From contig OZ234493.1 of assembly GCA_965153455.1 (NCBI GenBank), positions 13,196,213 to 13,260,212 on the forward strand: a stretch of 64,000 bases of DNA. The letters run 5' to 3'. A program made the position numbers and the translations under genes. This stretch comes from Sphagnum compactum. Lineage: Eukaryota. How positions within the stretch are numbered: position 1 is the stretch's first letter; every line of letters begins with the position of its first letter. This document shows positions 25,435-38,430 of this stretch, one piece after another. The notes beneath the pieces are model-generated. The model made no database searches and was not told where the DNA came from. It saw only the letters and a list, made by a program, of their open reading frames with translations.

Positions 25435-26689
25435 ATGTATGATAGTAGGTATGAACATCCTATGGTTTTGCTTGTCTCAAATCACATTAATTGAGGAGTG
25501 GTAGTAGTAGTAGTGGGAGGTGGTGGCAAAGGATTATTGCTTGGAAATCATTGTGATGGAGGAGGTGGTGGACAAGGACCACCTAAACAACCATAATTTA
25601 GGGGAGGATGCTTGAGGCATGGAGGCGTGGAACACTTATTATTCATGGTATTTTTCAATATCACTTGTGTTACCTCCTACATCAATATCATTGTTATAAA
25701 AGAAACCTTAACATAGAAAACATTTAACAAATTCCATATACCAACCTTCAATGGATCTAGATGCCCATATTTGAGTATTCAAAAAAATAATCAAAATGAA
25801 TGGGGAAACCAATGAGGAGGACATCATCAATCTCTTTGGATTTACTTACAAAATGCAATCTCAAGATGGGAGGAATTTTTTTAACACATCATTAACATAC
25901 AAAATTAGTATGGTAATAAATCTCTCTTTTGAAAATTATGGTTTGACTCAGTACATGTGAATTAATGTCCAAATAAATGAGAATATGTTGGAGTACAAGC
26001 TTGTTGAAGTTGTATGTAACTCTTCAAAATTTACATATCAAATATTTGTTTCTTTTAATTTTGAACCTTTTAGGTTGTAGCGTATAAACTTCTTAAATAA
26101 TTCCTTGTTAATTAATGTAGATTGCATGTTAAGCCTATTAATCCTCCACCACCTTTGTGATGCTAAAACCACTACAACTTGTATGGTTGCCCATTTTACA
26201 ATGGGAACAAAATGTTTCTTGAAAATCAATTGTTTGAATATGTTCAAAATTGGGTGCCATTAATCTAGCATATAACTTTTCAATGATGTCATACATAGCA
26301 ACTTTAGTTTTAAACACTCATTTATTAGTAACGGTCATTTTACCTTGTGATGTATCTTGTAAATATCAAATATGGTTATTGATAATTGAATCATGTTCTT
26401 GGCTTATGGTTGTTTTCCACAAAGGATGACTTGTAATTTTTGCATATGTCATTGGCCGTCCACTATATGGTCAATTGCAAACACATAATCTCCAAAGTAG
26501 AATAGTGCACAAGTTAGAAATGTTGAAAGAGATTCTTAAACAGTAGTTGGGGTTGTGGTCTTTGTCTACTTGAAGCAACTTGTTCAAGTGAATGGATTTC
26601 TTGGAGCAACAACAATGTTTTGTTAGTTTCACATTGTTCTTCAATAATAATATTTTTTCCCATTAACTTTCCCTCTTAGCTAATGACTC

Positions 26690-28520
26690 ATCTTTTGGAT
26701 CTTCCAAAGGCAAAGTTATCACTTCTTCACTTACAATGTTTAGTAGCCTATTTTCCTTGAAGTAAGGTGCTTTCATGAAATATTCATCACAAAATTAACG
26801 TCCTTGTTTACAACAATTTTATGAAACTATGGATTGCAAATTTTTGTAGGCCTTGTAAACATCATCATATCCCATAAAAATGGCTCTTTCAACTCTAGGA
26901 CCCAATTTCTGACTTTTGTCTTTCAATACATGGATGTAATCTATGTGTAACCAAATACCTTCAAGTGACCAAACCTTGGAGACTTGTTGATTTAGACATG
27001 TTGCAAAATAAGTTTATTCAATGAGCTTGAAGGGTTGTAATTGATCAAGTATGTGGTCGTATTAGTTACATGTGTCCATAAAAAAATGTACAAACATACT
27101 CCTTGCATGATCTAGTATTGTGTTATTCTTATGCTTAGTCACACCATTTTGATGGGGTGTGCTTGTTGTTGTAAGTCAAGTTGACATTTCCTTTAGTTTC
27201 AACAAATGATGTTAAAAGATTTAGACATAAAAATTCCACCATAATTGGCACAAAATATTTTGATTGCTAGGCTTGTGTTGTTTCAATCTAAATTTTTAGT
27301 ATTTTAAATTTGTTAAATGACTTAGAAAAAAAATTTGAGTATTTTAAGAATAATCATAAGTGAATCAACAATTACTTGGACCCACCTAAGGAAAAATGTT
27401 TGAATGGTCCCCACAAATATGAATGCATTAATTCATTTTGTTCATCAATTGAACTTTCCTCAAGCATTATTCCGTCTATTTTTCCTTAGATCTACAACTA
27501 TCACAAACCTTTGAATTAATAGGGGTGTAAGGCATTCCTTCCAAAAACCTAGCTTTTGATAGATTGTGTAGTCCTTTAGGCCCAATATGTCCCATTTAGT
27601 GATGCCACATATTCATTAGAGGTGGCTTCCATTAAAGAAAACTTCTCAAATAACAACAACTGGGGCATGACTTGTTTGAATCCTTGTGAAAAGTGCAACT
27701 TCCTCTATTAAAGAGTTGATATGACTAGCTTATATAACCCGTTCAACTTGTTTTTTATAATGCCTTTGCTATTGTTTTATTGTAACAATTAACCTCAATT
27801 ATGTGTTTCAAACATAACCACAAAACCCAAGTTTTTTATAGCCCTTATAGATAACAACTTGACCTTGATGCATGGAATGCAAATAACATTATGAACATTA
27901 GCTTTATTTCTCTTTTGCTAGAAACAACAAATTGCCCATGCCAAGCACCACATGGGCCAAATGTAGATTTAACATTTGCAAATTCTATCTTATAAACATG
28001 ATTAGTTTGTTTTGCATTTCTTATTACATGAAGTACATAGTACTAGAATAAGGGTATCACTTGATATCTTTTTTGTGTATATGCATGATCATTATTGCCA
28101 CCTCAAAATCATGGTGATTGGTGCTTCTTCCTATTCTTTTGCAATCATACCATCCTCATGATTTGCATGCATGGTGTTGAAATAAATGTTTGGGTCATTA
28201 AAAATTAAGGACATTCCCTTCCCTAATGTCATGGACAATTACACCAATTACACTTGCTCTAGACCACCATGGTATATTTTGATGGTAGTTTTACCACTCT
28301 TATCTTTGGTACTTGCTCCCCAATTTGTGCCAACTATGTAGTAATACGATGGGATGAAGTTTGTTGACGAGGAACCATGCCCACATTCCATTGGCAATCT
28401 TGTACATATTTTGCAACATTGTCCAACATGCTTGTGAATCATCAAGGTCGACAATATGAGGGATGATGTCATCTTTAATTGACAATATCAAAATATTATC
28501 ATTGTCTTGTAATTCCACTC
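26690..28520 (-). mobile_element. Degenerate Ty1/copia retrotransposon (gag-integrase region)
   Basis: Minus-strand motifs: gag-like KDDIIPHIVDLDDSQACWTMLQNMY (~28400-28470), WH.*MGHIG (~27600), (L)WGP (~27410), GGIF (~27235), PHQNGV (~27145), and HLKVFG..YIHV.KDKSQKLGPRVERAIF..GYD..YKAY (~26850-26970). Many stops and frameshifts; no LTRs identified. Confidence 0.75.
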
Positions 28521-29222
28521 AAAGTGGTCAGTGTTGAAATAGGTGCTTAAAGATTGGAGCTAATGTTTTGTGTTGTCTTTCTAATGGTCCAAATGTTAAG
28601 AAAGTCATTGTGAAAATGTCGAATACAAAAATCAAAGAAATATGTGTGTTAGATGAAAAGAATTGTGAAGAGCAGCAGAGAGTTTTACAAAAGAAAAACA
28701 CATAAAAGTCCACTTTCAAAATGTAAGAAGTTCAGGGTTAAAAGACATAATAAAACTTGCTACAAAAACAAAACAAAAAGCTCGCTTTCAAAACACAAGA
28801 AGTCTAGTGATGAAAGTGCAAAAGCATTCATGTAAAGCCCAAGGATGATTGCTTTTATGGAAATTTGGGACTCCCTGGGCTCCCACCTTGGGGTCCCTTA
28901 TTTCCTTGGGGTCCCTTATTTCGGTAAAGCAGCCTTCCTGGGAATATACCCATGCAGGAGGCGCCTAGACACCGTCTAAGTGCTCTGGCTGGGTCCTTAT
29001 AATAGGTGTAGAATAATAAATTTATACGTATATCCACTGTATATACGGTAGCAAACGCCTTATTCGGGAAACGTAGTCTACGGTCCTTGGCGTTACCACA
29101 GATCCTTTGACTTTGCGTGAGCGAGCGCGCGAACTCGCGACGATGAAAGTGAAGAGAAGAGAAGAGAAGAGAGAGAGAGATCTCTCGCTCGAAGGAGCGC
29201 AGAAGAGAAGTAGTCGTAAGCT

Positions 29223-30607
29223 ATGGCGGACAGAGCGCAGGTGTCGAAGCTGCAATGGGCGGTGCGCAGTGAAGATTTGAGCAGCTTGAGCAAGCTCCTG
29301 GGTTCCGACAACTCCCTTGTTAACGCTGTCGACTATGACAAGCGTACGCCGCTGCACGTCGCTGCCTTATTCGATTGTCGGAAAGCAGCGCAGATCCTTC
29401 TCTCGCAGGTCGGTATCAACCACACGGCACCTTCTCTCTCTCTCTCTCTCTCTCTCATTCATTTCCTTGCTTTTGAAGGTTTTGGTTTCTTTTCAGGAGC
29501 ATGTGGCGGGAAATTGATTCAGTAAGCCTTGGAATTGAATTTTCTTGGCAGGGAGCTTCGGTCAATGCTCGAGATCGGTGGGGGAATTCCCCCTGTGCTG
29601 ATGCCCTGGCGTCGGGGCATATGCAGATGGCGAAGCTGCTGAAGGATTACGGGGGAGAAGTGATCGGTGATCATAAGGGTACAGCGCTCACTCCGCCATT
29701 GCCGCAGAGTGGAGATTGGGAGATAATTCCTTCGGAAATCGACTTGGAGCACAGCGTTCGTATCGGGAAAGGATCGTTCGGAGAGATTAGAAAGGCAATC
29801 TGGAGAGGAACGCCGGTGGCCGTGAAGACCATCCGACCTTCCTTGTCCAAAGATATGGCGGTGCTGAAGGATTTCCAGCACGAGGTGGAGTTCATGGTCA
29901 AGGTTCGACATCCGAACATTGTTCAATTTTTGGGGGCTGTTACGCAGCGGCCGCCTCTGATGCTGGTCACCGAGTATCTTTCAGGCGGAGACTTGCATGA
30001 GGTTTTGAGGAGGAAAGAAGCGTTGCCTGCCGCTCTTGCGCTGAAATTCTCTCTAGATATTGCTCGAGGCATGTGTTATCTCCACGGAGAACCGAATGTC
30101 ATTATCCATCGCGACTTGAAGCCTCGCAACCTCATATTTGATGATGCGCAGGAGCTCAAGGTTGGCGACTTTGGACTGAGCAAGCTGATCGATATGAAGC
30201 ACCTGCACGATGCGTACAAGATGACAGGCGAGACGGGCAGCTACAGGTACATGGCGCCAGAGGTTTTTAGACATGAGAAATATGATAAAACTGTGGATGT
30301 GTTCTCCTTTGCCATGATTATGTACGAGATGCTTGAGGGTTTTGCTCCTTTTGATGATAAGGAGGCCTATGAATCTGCACGACTAGTGGCAGAGGAAAAT
30401 CTTCGGCCCGAGATGAAGGTCAAGACCTATCCCCCAGGTATGCGGGAATTGATTACCAAGTGCTGGTCAGCGGATCCCGAAGAGAGGGTCAAGTTCGACA
30501 AAATTGTAGAACAGCTGCAAAGGATGGAAGAGAATTTGCCACAAAATGACTGGGTTCATGATCTTTGGCGCATCCACAGACACTCTCAGCACACTCAGCA
30601 AAAGTAG
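29223..30607 (+). CDS. VIK: Ankyrin-repeat Raf-like protein kinase (VH1-interacting kinase / integrin-linked kinase family), ~413 aa, 2 exons
   Basis: Exon 1 29223-29408 (ankyrin DYDKRTPLHVAA), GT-AG intron 29409-29551, exon 2 29552-30607 (DRWGNSP ankyrin; IGKGSFGEI, VAVK, HRDLKPRN, DFG, GETGSYRYMAPE). Confidence 0.93.
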
Positions 30608-33555
30608 TTGGATGGCCTCCTAGAGTATTATCCAATGGATTCCTATTGCTTAACCAAAAGCAGGCTGAGAGAGTGGTGTCTGCAGAAGAAATCTGCATGT
30701 GGCTATTCTGGTCTTTCTCTGGATTAGTATTCTGTTGTAGCTTTCATCATCACATCAAGCCATTTCTCTTATAAACATCAGGGGAAGGTCACCAGTACAT
30801 TGTTTTCAGTAAATCTGAATAGTGCAACTCTGAACCACCTGAGTCAAGCAGGGCTGCCAGATGAGCTGTATATATGCTGTCTCCTGATTGAGTGAGTACA
30901 CTTGATTGACACATTGTGTGTCTGTGCATGTGGTTGTTTATGAGGAGCAGATTTAGATAGTAGTTTTGTGTGAGTTCTGGTTTAACCTTTCAGGTTCATC
31001 ATCAAAATGGTCAAAACGGTCAGGTTCACAGATCCTAGTTTTCAACACAAAGGAATTGTCTGAAGCATCAAGGTTCTCATGGACTTTGCTACAACTGAAG
31101 AAACATACAGCATCCAGAATAACAAATCCTTCTGGGCTGTTGCTGCTGAGTGTGTCTAGAATTGGTGGCTGTCAGCATGAAGTGCCATGGAGGGAAGAAG
31201 CAAAAGCACAGGGGGCTACAGAGTCAGAGCAAGTTGGCTGTTGGGTGAAGGACTGAAAATGCTTAGGACTTCATTGTGATTGACACTTGTTACATGGTAG
31301 AAAAATGGGTTTGGGCCTGGGTGATAATCTTGCACTCCCAGGTTTATTATGTTGGGTTGCCCAGTCATTTGGGCCAGTGCGCCTGGCAACAAGATGACAA
31401 GGGTTGTTGTTTTAGAAGGTACTGATTATACTCTTCCTTTCCAACTATCTCTTCTGGCTCTTGAAAGTCCCAGCCCTAGACTTACTTATAGCTATCATCA
31501 GATCAAGTGCAGTGTCACTGATCAGCTCCCTTTCTCGCTATACCTCCCTTTCATACACCTTTTAGGACTGTGCACTCCAATGTACTGAAAGCTGGTTTGC
31601 TTTGGAACCAATATGTAAGAAGATGGATTGTTGTTTGTGTGCTAGGCCTCTTATTGTTGGCAGTCATATAGTCTTCTGTGTCTTCAGTAAATGTTTCACA
31701 GTTGATCACTATTTTTGTGTTGTGTGGTTATTCTTGTTTGACTTCTGTACCGTGTAAGAAACCCTACACTTGAAGGCCTGCCAGGTTCTTAGGGAATGGC
31801 CAACCCCAAACTATTACAGAACAAGGGGGTGTGTCACAATGTGGCCTTGCCATTTACATTTTAAAAGTATCTTAGGCAAAAGAAGAATGATGGAAATTCA
31901 AATATTTCACCATGCAAAAATATAATCTTCTTCAAAAAAATCCTCTCAAAGAAACCAAAATCCTTCAAGATATTATAACTCTATTATAACTAATCTCAAG
32001 TTTCAACACAAGCCAAAATATCATCTTTCAAAAAACCTCATATGAAAATAGATCTATTACCTAAGGGTCAAAATCCTTTAAGCAACTAGACTCTATAATG
32101 AGTCTAAACACAATATCCTTGCCTTGGTAGGCAAGGCCAACAAAGGGGACAAGAGGGGTTATGGTGGACTCTTTGGGTTTTTTTGGGATTAGGGTGATGA
32201 ACATGCTTGATATGCTGTGAAACCTATTTACATGATGATGTGCATGTGCACACCTAAGGCTTCCAAGACCCTTCTTTTTTCTAGGATGGATATCCATGGA
32301 TATAAGGTGCCCTCCAAATACACTACGAAATTTCTTTGGGCCTAGGTGAAAGTAAGGCCCGTTAATATAATGTTATCTATTTAATCTTGTAATGTACATT
32401 CCAATGATTTCTAACACAATTGTTGGTCCCATATGTTCATTAAAATACAATAAAAAACCAGATAATTCGGCTTTTAGCCCCAGTATTGCTGCATCCCTTG
32501 TAGGTATATTTTGCATGCTGGAGTTTGTTTGGCCAACCATGAAGTCTACATGGTGGAGATATGTGCAACAATTTAATAAATTTATTTTATCAGAAAGTGT
32601 AGATCTTATTCAGTATATTTATTCCAAAAAGGCTTAAGTATGTTACTCATCCAAATATAATTGAGAATGGATGAATAGCAAAAGGAAAAATGTTCATTGG
32701 TTGTAGCATTACCATGGCTGATTAGGGCTTTACCCACCACCACCCAAGAAATTTCAAAAAATAAATCTTCTAATATAGCCATGGATTTGTTTGCAATTCA
32801 TTAGGCCTTCTTGTAAAAGCCTTTATGTATAGGGGAAGGTCCCTTACCATGAGACTATCGTGGGTTGAGGTGATGGACCCAAGGGCCCTTAGCCTGAGGG
32901 TCTATCATCTCAACCTGGGGAAGTCCTGAGGTATGGGGATTTCCAGAGTGGGCAGGTATTAGATATTGCACCAAGCCCCCATCGGGTATCAAATGTGATA
33001 ACCATAATTATCAAAGAACCAAACACTTGGTTTTGATAAACCTGGCAATTCTTTGTTTCTGAAAATTTTCAAATACCCAGAACCCGCAGTCCTTTGATTC
33101 TGAATTTTTTTCACTTGAAGATGCCTGTGGTGAAGTGTTAAGCAAGGTCCAACACATTGACCATGTGGTAGGATCACATGTTCACTTTGAAAGTGGTCAT
33201 GGGTTTGCAAGTCATAACTGGTGAAACCAAATCTTGTAGCATGTGTGTATTAGAGAGATTCTCAATTTTTTTGACTCTGACACAGATCATCAGACTTGGT
33301 CTTGCTCTTGTGGGTTGAGAGTGACAGATTTGGCACCCAGCTTTCTGGATCTCTATATTAATAGAGTTATACCGTAAAGTCACCCTGTCTTTGGGCCTGC
33401 TTTCACCCCCTATCCCCTCTCCCAGTGGTATCCGCAAAGATGAGCCCCAAACCATATCAAATCTCAGTATGAAATGTTGAAACTCAGCATTTAATGCACA
33501 AGGTTCGAAAGTAATTAAAAAGCCCTAAAGGTAGGAGCAACGAAAATATATGTAG

Positions 33556-33848
33556 TAGCAGTCCAGGCGCTCAAGAAAAGGGAAAGACAGGATTCGACTT
33601 ACCACCAAAATTGGTGGAAAAATTAGTTTGGGTCCCAATTATTTCGATTTGTAAAATTTTCATTCTCAGTTAGGCATTTGATGCGTTTCGGTCCCCCTCC
33701 TTAGCAGTCCAGGCGCTCAAGAAAAGGGAAAGACAGGATTCGACTTACCACCAAAGTTGGTGGAAAAATTAGTTTGGGTCCCAATTATTTCGATTTGTAA
33801 AATTTTCATTCCCAGTTAGGCATTTGATGCGTTTCGGTCCCCCTCCTT
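33556..33848 (+). repeat. Recent 146-bp tandem duplication
   Basis: Units 33556-33701 and 33702-33847 are nearly identical; about two substitutions were seen. Confidence 0.9.
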
Positions 33849-33859
33849 GAACTGAACCA

Positions 33860-34186
33860 TGTTAATCTGGTTCCACAATTTGCAGGGCATGTTCCAGACA
33901 CAAGAGAGAACTTATGAGCGTCTTTTCTGAGAGTGCTGACACACAAATAGGACAAAGGCTAGCTGAGGATAGGGGGAATCTATTAGACAAAATCCAAAAC
34001 GGAATCACACGCGCCAGAAAAGTCCTCGCCATCCAGCCAAACACATCAGTGCAACTGGCCTGCCCAGAAGAACCATGCAGGCTGCAAAAAGGGCACAAAA
34101 GGTGGTGATGTCCTCAATCTCAGCCTTCATTTTGGGAACCAAGATAAAGAAGAACTCTCTCCCCCTATAGTTTTATCCTGGCCATG
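33860..34186 (+). mobile_element. Highly degenerate LINE reverse-transcriptase fragment
   Basis: LSPYSFILAME at ~34157-34189 resembles the LINE RT motif (QGDP)LSPYLFILAME. The left boundary is uncertain. Confidence 0.35.
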
Positions 34187-34813
34187 GAAGGTGCATTCAC
34201 ACTTGGTGTAAATGACTCTAGTATTAGTCCCCTAACACTGAGCTAACCATTTAGGACCTAAACCTATGTATCAGGAAGATTTTATGTTAAGTTAACATTC
34301 ACTTAATGTTAAACATTCACCCATTTAACATTGGGTCCACCTAGATTTTCGCTTAACATCTATCTATGAAGGAAGGTAGTTTGTTTTGTTTTGTAGTTAT
34401 GATAGTTATGAGTTCCACTGGACCGGGATGCTTCAGATCATGTCCTTGGTGTCATTGGAAAGCTCTTGACGAGGAGGGGTGCATGGGCTTGGTTCCATGA
34501 TGTTTGGAATTGCAGTGCAAAAGTTCATGAATATTGAACGGTTTTTTCACTGAAAATTAAATTAAATTGTAGCTGAAAATTTCGGCCTTTGGTGTTGTTG
34601 GAAGATCTTGATGAGCAGGATTTAATGGAATTTATTTGGTAAGACTTGGATTCAGAATGTGGGAGTTATTGATTTTAAAGTGATTTCTGCCACTAAAAAT
34701 TCAAATAAATTCCAAATATTGAAACCAGGTTTTGGAAGGAAAAATCAGTTGAGGACGTGGTAACACTTGGGCCAAGGGCACAGGCCACACTAATTAGGTG
34801 TGAATGCACCTTC
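34187..34813. mobile_element. PIF/Harbinger-like MITE (contains nested Helitron)
   Basis: Perfect 16-bp inverted repeats GAAGGTGCATTCACAC (34187-34202) and GTGTGAATGCACCTTC (34798-34813). No clean TSD. Confidence 0.65.
34359..34793 (+). mobile_element. Non-autonomous Helitron
   Basis: Starts 5'-TC after an A and ends CTAA (CTRR) before a T. Subterminal hairpin CTTGGGCC-AAG-GGCACAGG. Removing it restores a contiguous MITE right end. Confidence 0.6.
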
Positions 34814-35684
34814 AGAGCAGCTCCATGGAATCAATATAAATGATTATTACATCCTTTTTTCAAGTTAAAAGAAACAAACCATCCATGGATCATGGTATGT
34901 GTAGGAGCCACCCAATTGAGCTTAATTTGTGAACTGCAATTTCTTCAAAGCCCACATTTAATTCATCTACTACTATGTATTGTTCTTTTTCTTTCATTAC
35001 AAATTTAAAAACACCTAAAGTAGTGGTATTAGCCACTCAATCCATCAAGCTTTAAGCATGTATTCCTTTATCCTTCTTTTATCACTCAAGGTTTTATAAC
35101 TCAACTCAATAGGTGAAGAGTCAATCGGTCACATGTAAAGCTGCAATCAGACTTGCTGTTAGGCCACCTAGTATATTGTAGGCTACCATTTACATAACAT
35201 CATGTCAAAAAAGAATCCCATATGTTAGTTAACATTGACATGAAGGTTATTATTATTATTATTATTATTTACCTCACTTACATCTTTAACAATCATTGAA
35301 AAATATTTTGTTAACTTAGCATTGACTTTAAAAATCATTTTATAAACTACTACCCAACCTTATATTTTTATACCAAGATTTATATTTTTTGAAAATTTGA
35401 TATTGAGCTACCATCCACTTAAACATCTACTTAACCCTCATTTAACTATTTTTGGTCACCTAGAATTTTACATAATATTTATGTTAGCTAACATTCCTGA
35501 TTTGAATGCAACACAAAACGGGCCTCTCTTAACACAAGTTAGCATTGTTGGCTTGAGTGACCCAGCACCTACCAGTGCACCATCCAAAAAGTCCCGTTCT
35601 GGGATTTCATGGATGGGATGAAACTGTCCCCCAGGGTTCAGTTTACTTGGTCAGTAGTTTTTTTTTCCTCGTGCTTTTTTTTTC

Positions 35685-35960
35685 CTCACTCTCATTTTGT
35701 TCCTGGGCCTTTTTTTTCTCTCGGTTTTTTTTTTTTTTTTTTTTCTTGGCGTCACGCCATCCTTGAACCCAAATTTTTTTCTAGGAACTCCTACCTACTC
35801 CTCCAACCTACCTACCTCCCTTCCTTTTTGCTCACTCTCATTTTGTTCCTGGGCCTTTTTTTCTCTCGTTTTTTTTTTTTTTTTTTGGGTCACGCCATCC
35901 TTGAACCCAAATTTTTTTCTAGGAACTCCTACCTACTCCTCCAACCTACCTACCCCTCCA
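35685..35960 (+). repeat. Tandem duplication (~140 bp) with CCTA-rich tracts, probable TE subterminal region
   Basis: CTCACTCTCATTTTGTTCCTGGGCC...TCACGCCATCCTTGAACCCAAA...CCTACCTAC occurs twice. Confidence 0.8.
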
Positions 35961-36228
35961 ACCTACCTACCTCCCTTCCACCACCCAACCCATCTACCTC
36001 CCCCTACCTACCCCACCACCCATTTACGCCGCCCTACCCAAAGCTTCAGAACCACAAAGAACTTGATGGAGAGCTTCTGGAGCTTGTGAAGCTTGGGGCG
36101 CGAAACATCAAGTGTAGCCTTCGCTTTGAAAGTATGTGTTTTTTTTCGTGTTTTTTTTTTCTTGCTTCCAAAACCAAGTCAACAAGTTGTAGCTTGTCGT
36201 TCTAGGTTTTTCTTATTGTAGTTACATC

Positions 36229-36825
36229 TGAAACCAAGATGATGAATTGCGTTCATCGTCTTGTTTCTTTTTTTTATGTTGCAGGCTTTGAAACCACAAT
36301 GATGAGCGTCGCGTTCGTCATTGTGGTTTTTTTCTATTGTTTAGCTAGGAAGACCAGGACAACGAGCGCAACTCATAGTCCTGGTTTTTTTGTGTTGCAT
36401 TTCTAAACCACGATAATCAGCGCTGCGTTTGTCGTCCTGGTTTTTTTTTTGTGTTACAAGCTTTGAAACCATGACAACGAGTCGTGCTTGTCATCATGGT
36501 TTTGTTTCTATTGTTCAACCTATAAGCCCAAGATGATGAGTGCAATTCATCATCTTAATTTTTTTTAATTTGTGCAACTTGTAAGATTAAAATGATGAGT
36601 GCAGCTCATCGTCTTAGTTTTTTTTGTGTTGTACATTTTGAAACCACGATGATGAGCGCAACGCTTGTTGTGGTGGTTTTTTTTTATTGCACAGCCTGTA
36701 AAACCAGAACGAACGTGATCATTTTATTTTTTTGGTGTTGTAAGCTCTAAAACCCGGACGACAAGCGCCACACTTGTCATCTTGGTTGTTTTTTTTGTTG
36801 TTACCTACAAGTAAGACCAAGACAA
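36229..36825. repeat. Array of ~10-11 palindromic ~40-bp units at ~60-bp period
   Basis: Consensus AAACCA.GA(C/T)GA(C/T)GAG(C/T)G...(G)CT(C/T)(G/A)TC(G/A)TC.TGGTTT separated by T-rich spacers. Confidence 0.8.
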
Positions 36826-36964
36826 ATTTTGTGCAGCTCCTTTGGGAATTTTTTTTGGTTTCCTAGTGTTGGTAATAAATTTTTAAATTAATTAACTAGT
36901 GTGTTCATTTTGTTTTGGGCATTTTGGGTATTTTGTTGGATGCACATTCGAATGAAAACAATGA

Positions 36965-38430
36965 ATGGTGCAACAACAAGCCGAAGCTGAGTTTGTAGGT
37001 GGCATTGGAGGTGTCATGGAAGAAGGAGATGTAGAGGTTGGGGTGATTAAACAACAAGCGGAAGATGCGATTGCATTGGCTCCAAATGGGAATATCGAAG
37101 GAGTTCAAACTAATGTTGAGGTTGGGGAAACATCTGCTACCACATATGTTAATAGAATTGCAATTGAGTTGCAAAGGACTATTGACATGATAGAGGATCA
37201 AGAAATTGTAGCTCATGGGCAAGAAAATGCAAATGTTGATGTTGATCCTCATGCTCAAATTGATTTGCAATACCTCCTTACTTGTGGTCCTTAAACATTT
37301 GCTTGCCCCACGTTCCTTCTCCATCATGAAGGTGGGTGGGGCATTTTTTTTGGGTGTAAGTTTGTAGGCAATACCTTTAGGCTTTGTAAAAAATATTTTT
37401 ATTTTTAGGGTTTGCTTCTTTTTATGCAAATTTTAATTTTGGAGTTTAGCAATGCCTTCATCTTGTGTTTTGGTTCTTTTATCTTTATGTACAATACCAT
37501 CATCTTGTGTTATAATCTATCTATCTATCTATGCAATACCTTCATCATGTAGGGCATAACCTTCATCCATAATACTAATTCTCACATTAGGTTTCATGTT
37601 TTTGTTTTTTTGGTTTCAAATGTGGTTGCCCCTCTCCCGATTGCCATAGATGGTGTGCACTAGGCAAAAGATGGGCCCAAATTTACTTGTATCGTTGATG
37701 GGTGCGATGCATCCTATATGGCCAAATACAACTTGGTGCGGCATTTGCGGTCACATCACAATGCTACCATGGAGCCAAGCAAGCATGGACACCCATCTAC
37801 TCAGGAGTAGGGCTTGGGGGTTCAAGATCATGTTTAAATGAATATGTGAGTCTTGAGCAACCCTTTGGCCCAATTTCATCATAATGAGCAAAAGGCTATT
37901 GCTAGGGCTAGGAGGCACACATTCTTGGAGTGGGTTCCAAGTTGATTTGCAATACACACTTAAGGTGCTTAGTTCACATTTGTGAGGCTAGGGCCTCTAG
38001 CCACATTCTTTAGCTTCTTGGCATGACTGCATGGGGTGTGGGGCCATCCCTTTCAACATGCAGGCCAACTTGGAGCATAATGAGGACCTTGCATTTGTGA
38101 TTCAAACGATTCGAGTTGGGTATGCAAAGGCACTCAGAGGCGTTTGGATGGAGTGTGATTGAAAGTCTGCATCAAATAAAACAATGTGACGTAAGGAGAT
38201 TAACCTCCTTACATAATACCATGATTTAGAAATGATTCATGGTCGGTAAGTTTCCAACAATGTCATATTGAATTTTATTTGAAATCTAGGTCTTAGAATT
38301 CATATGCAATACTTATTATATTATGTTGTTTGTTGTAGGGATCGAAACACCACTAAGGAGGTGTTTGTGGCTAATGTTGTGGACACAACATTGGCCAATC
38401 ATGGGGTATTTAAGTGACAACACGCTTGTG
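36965..38430 (+). pseudogene. TE-borne gene relic with acidic N-terminal ORF and a C2H2 zinc finger
   Basis: Acidic ORF 36965-37294. The frame at 37682-37762 reads FTCIVDGCDASYMAKYNLVRHLRSHHN (C-x4-C-x12-H-x3/4-H), flanked by TAG stops likely derived from CAG. The overall extent is approximate. Confidence 0.55.

Noticed and set aside
35557-36205. 198-aa and 130-aa ORFs
   Set aside because: Products of T-runs and a tandem duplication; low complexity.
36229-36825. CRISPR array
   Set aside because: Eukaryotic context, degenerate repeats, spacers related to one another, and no cas genes.
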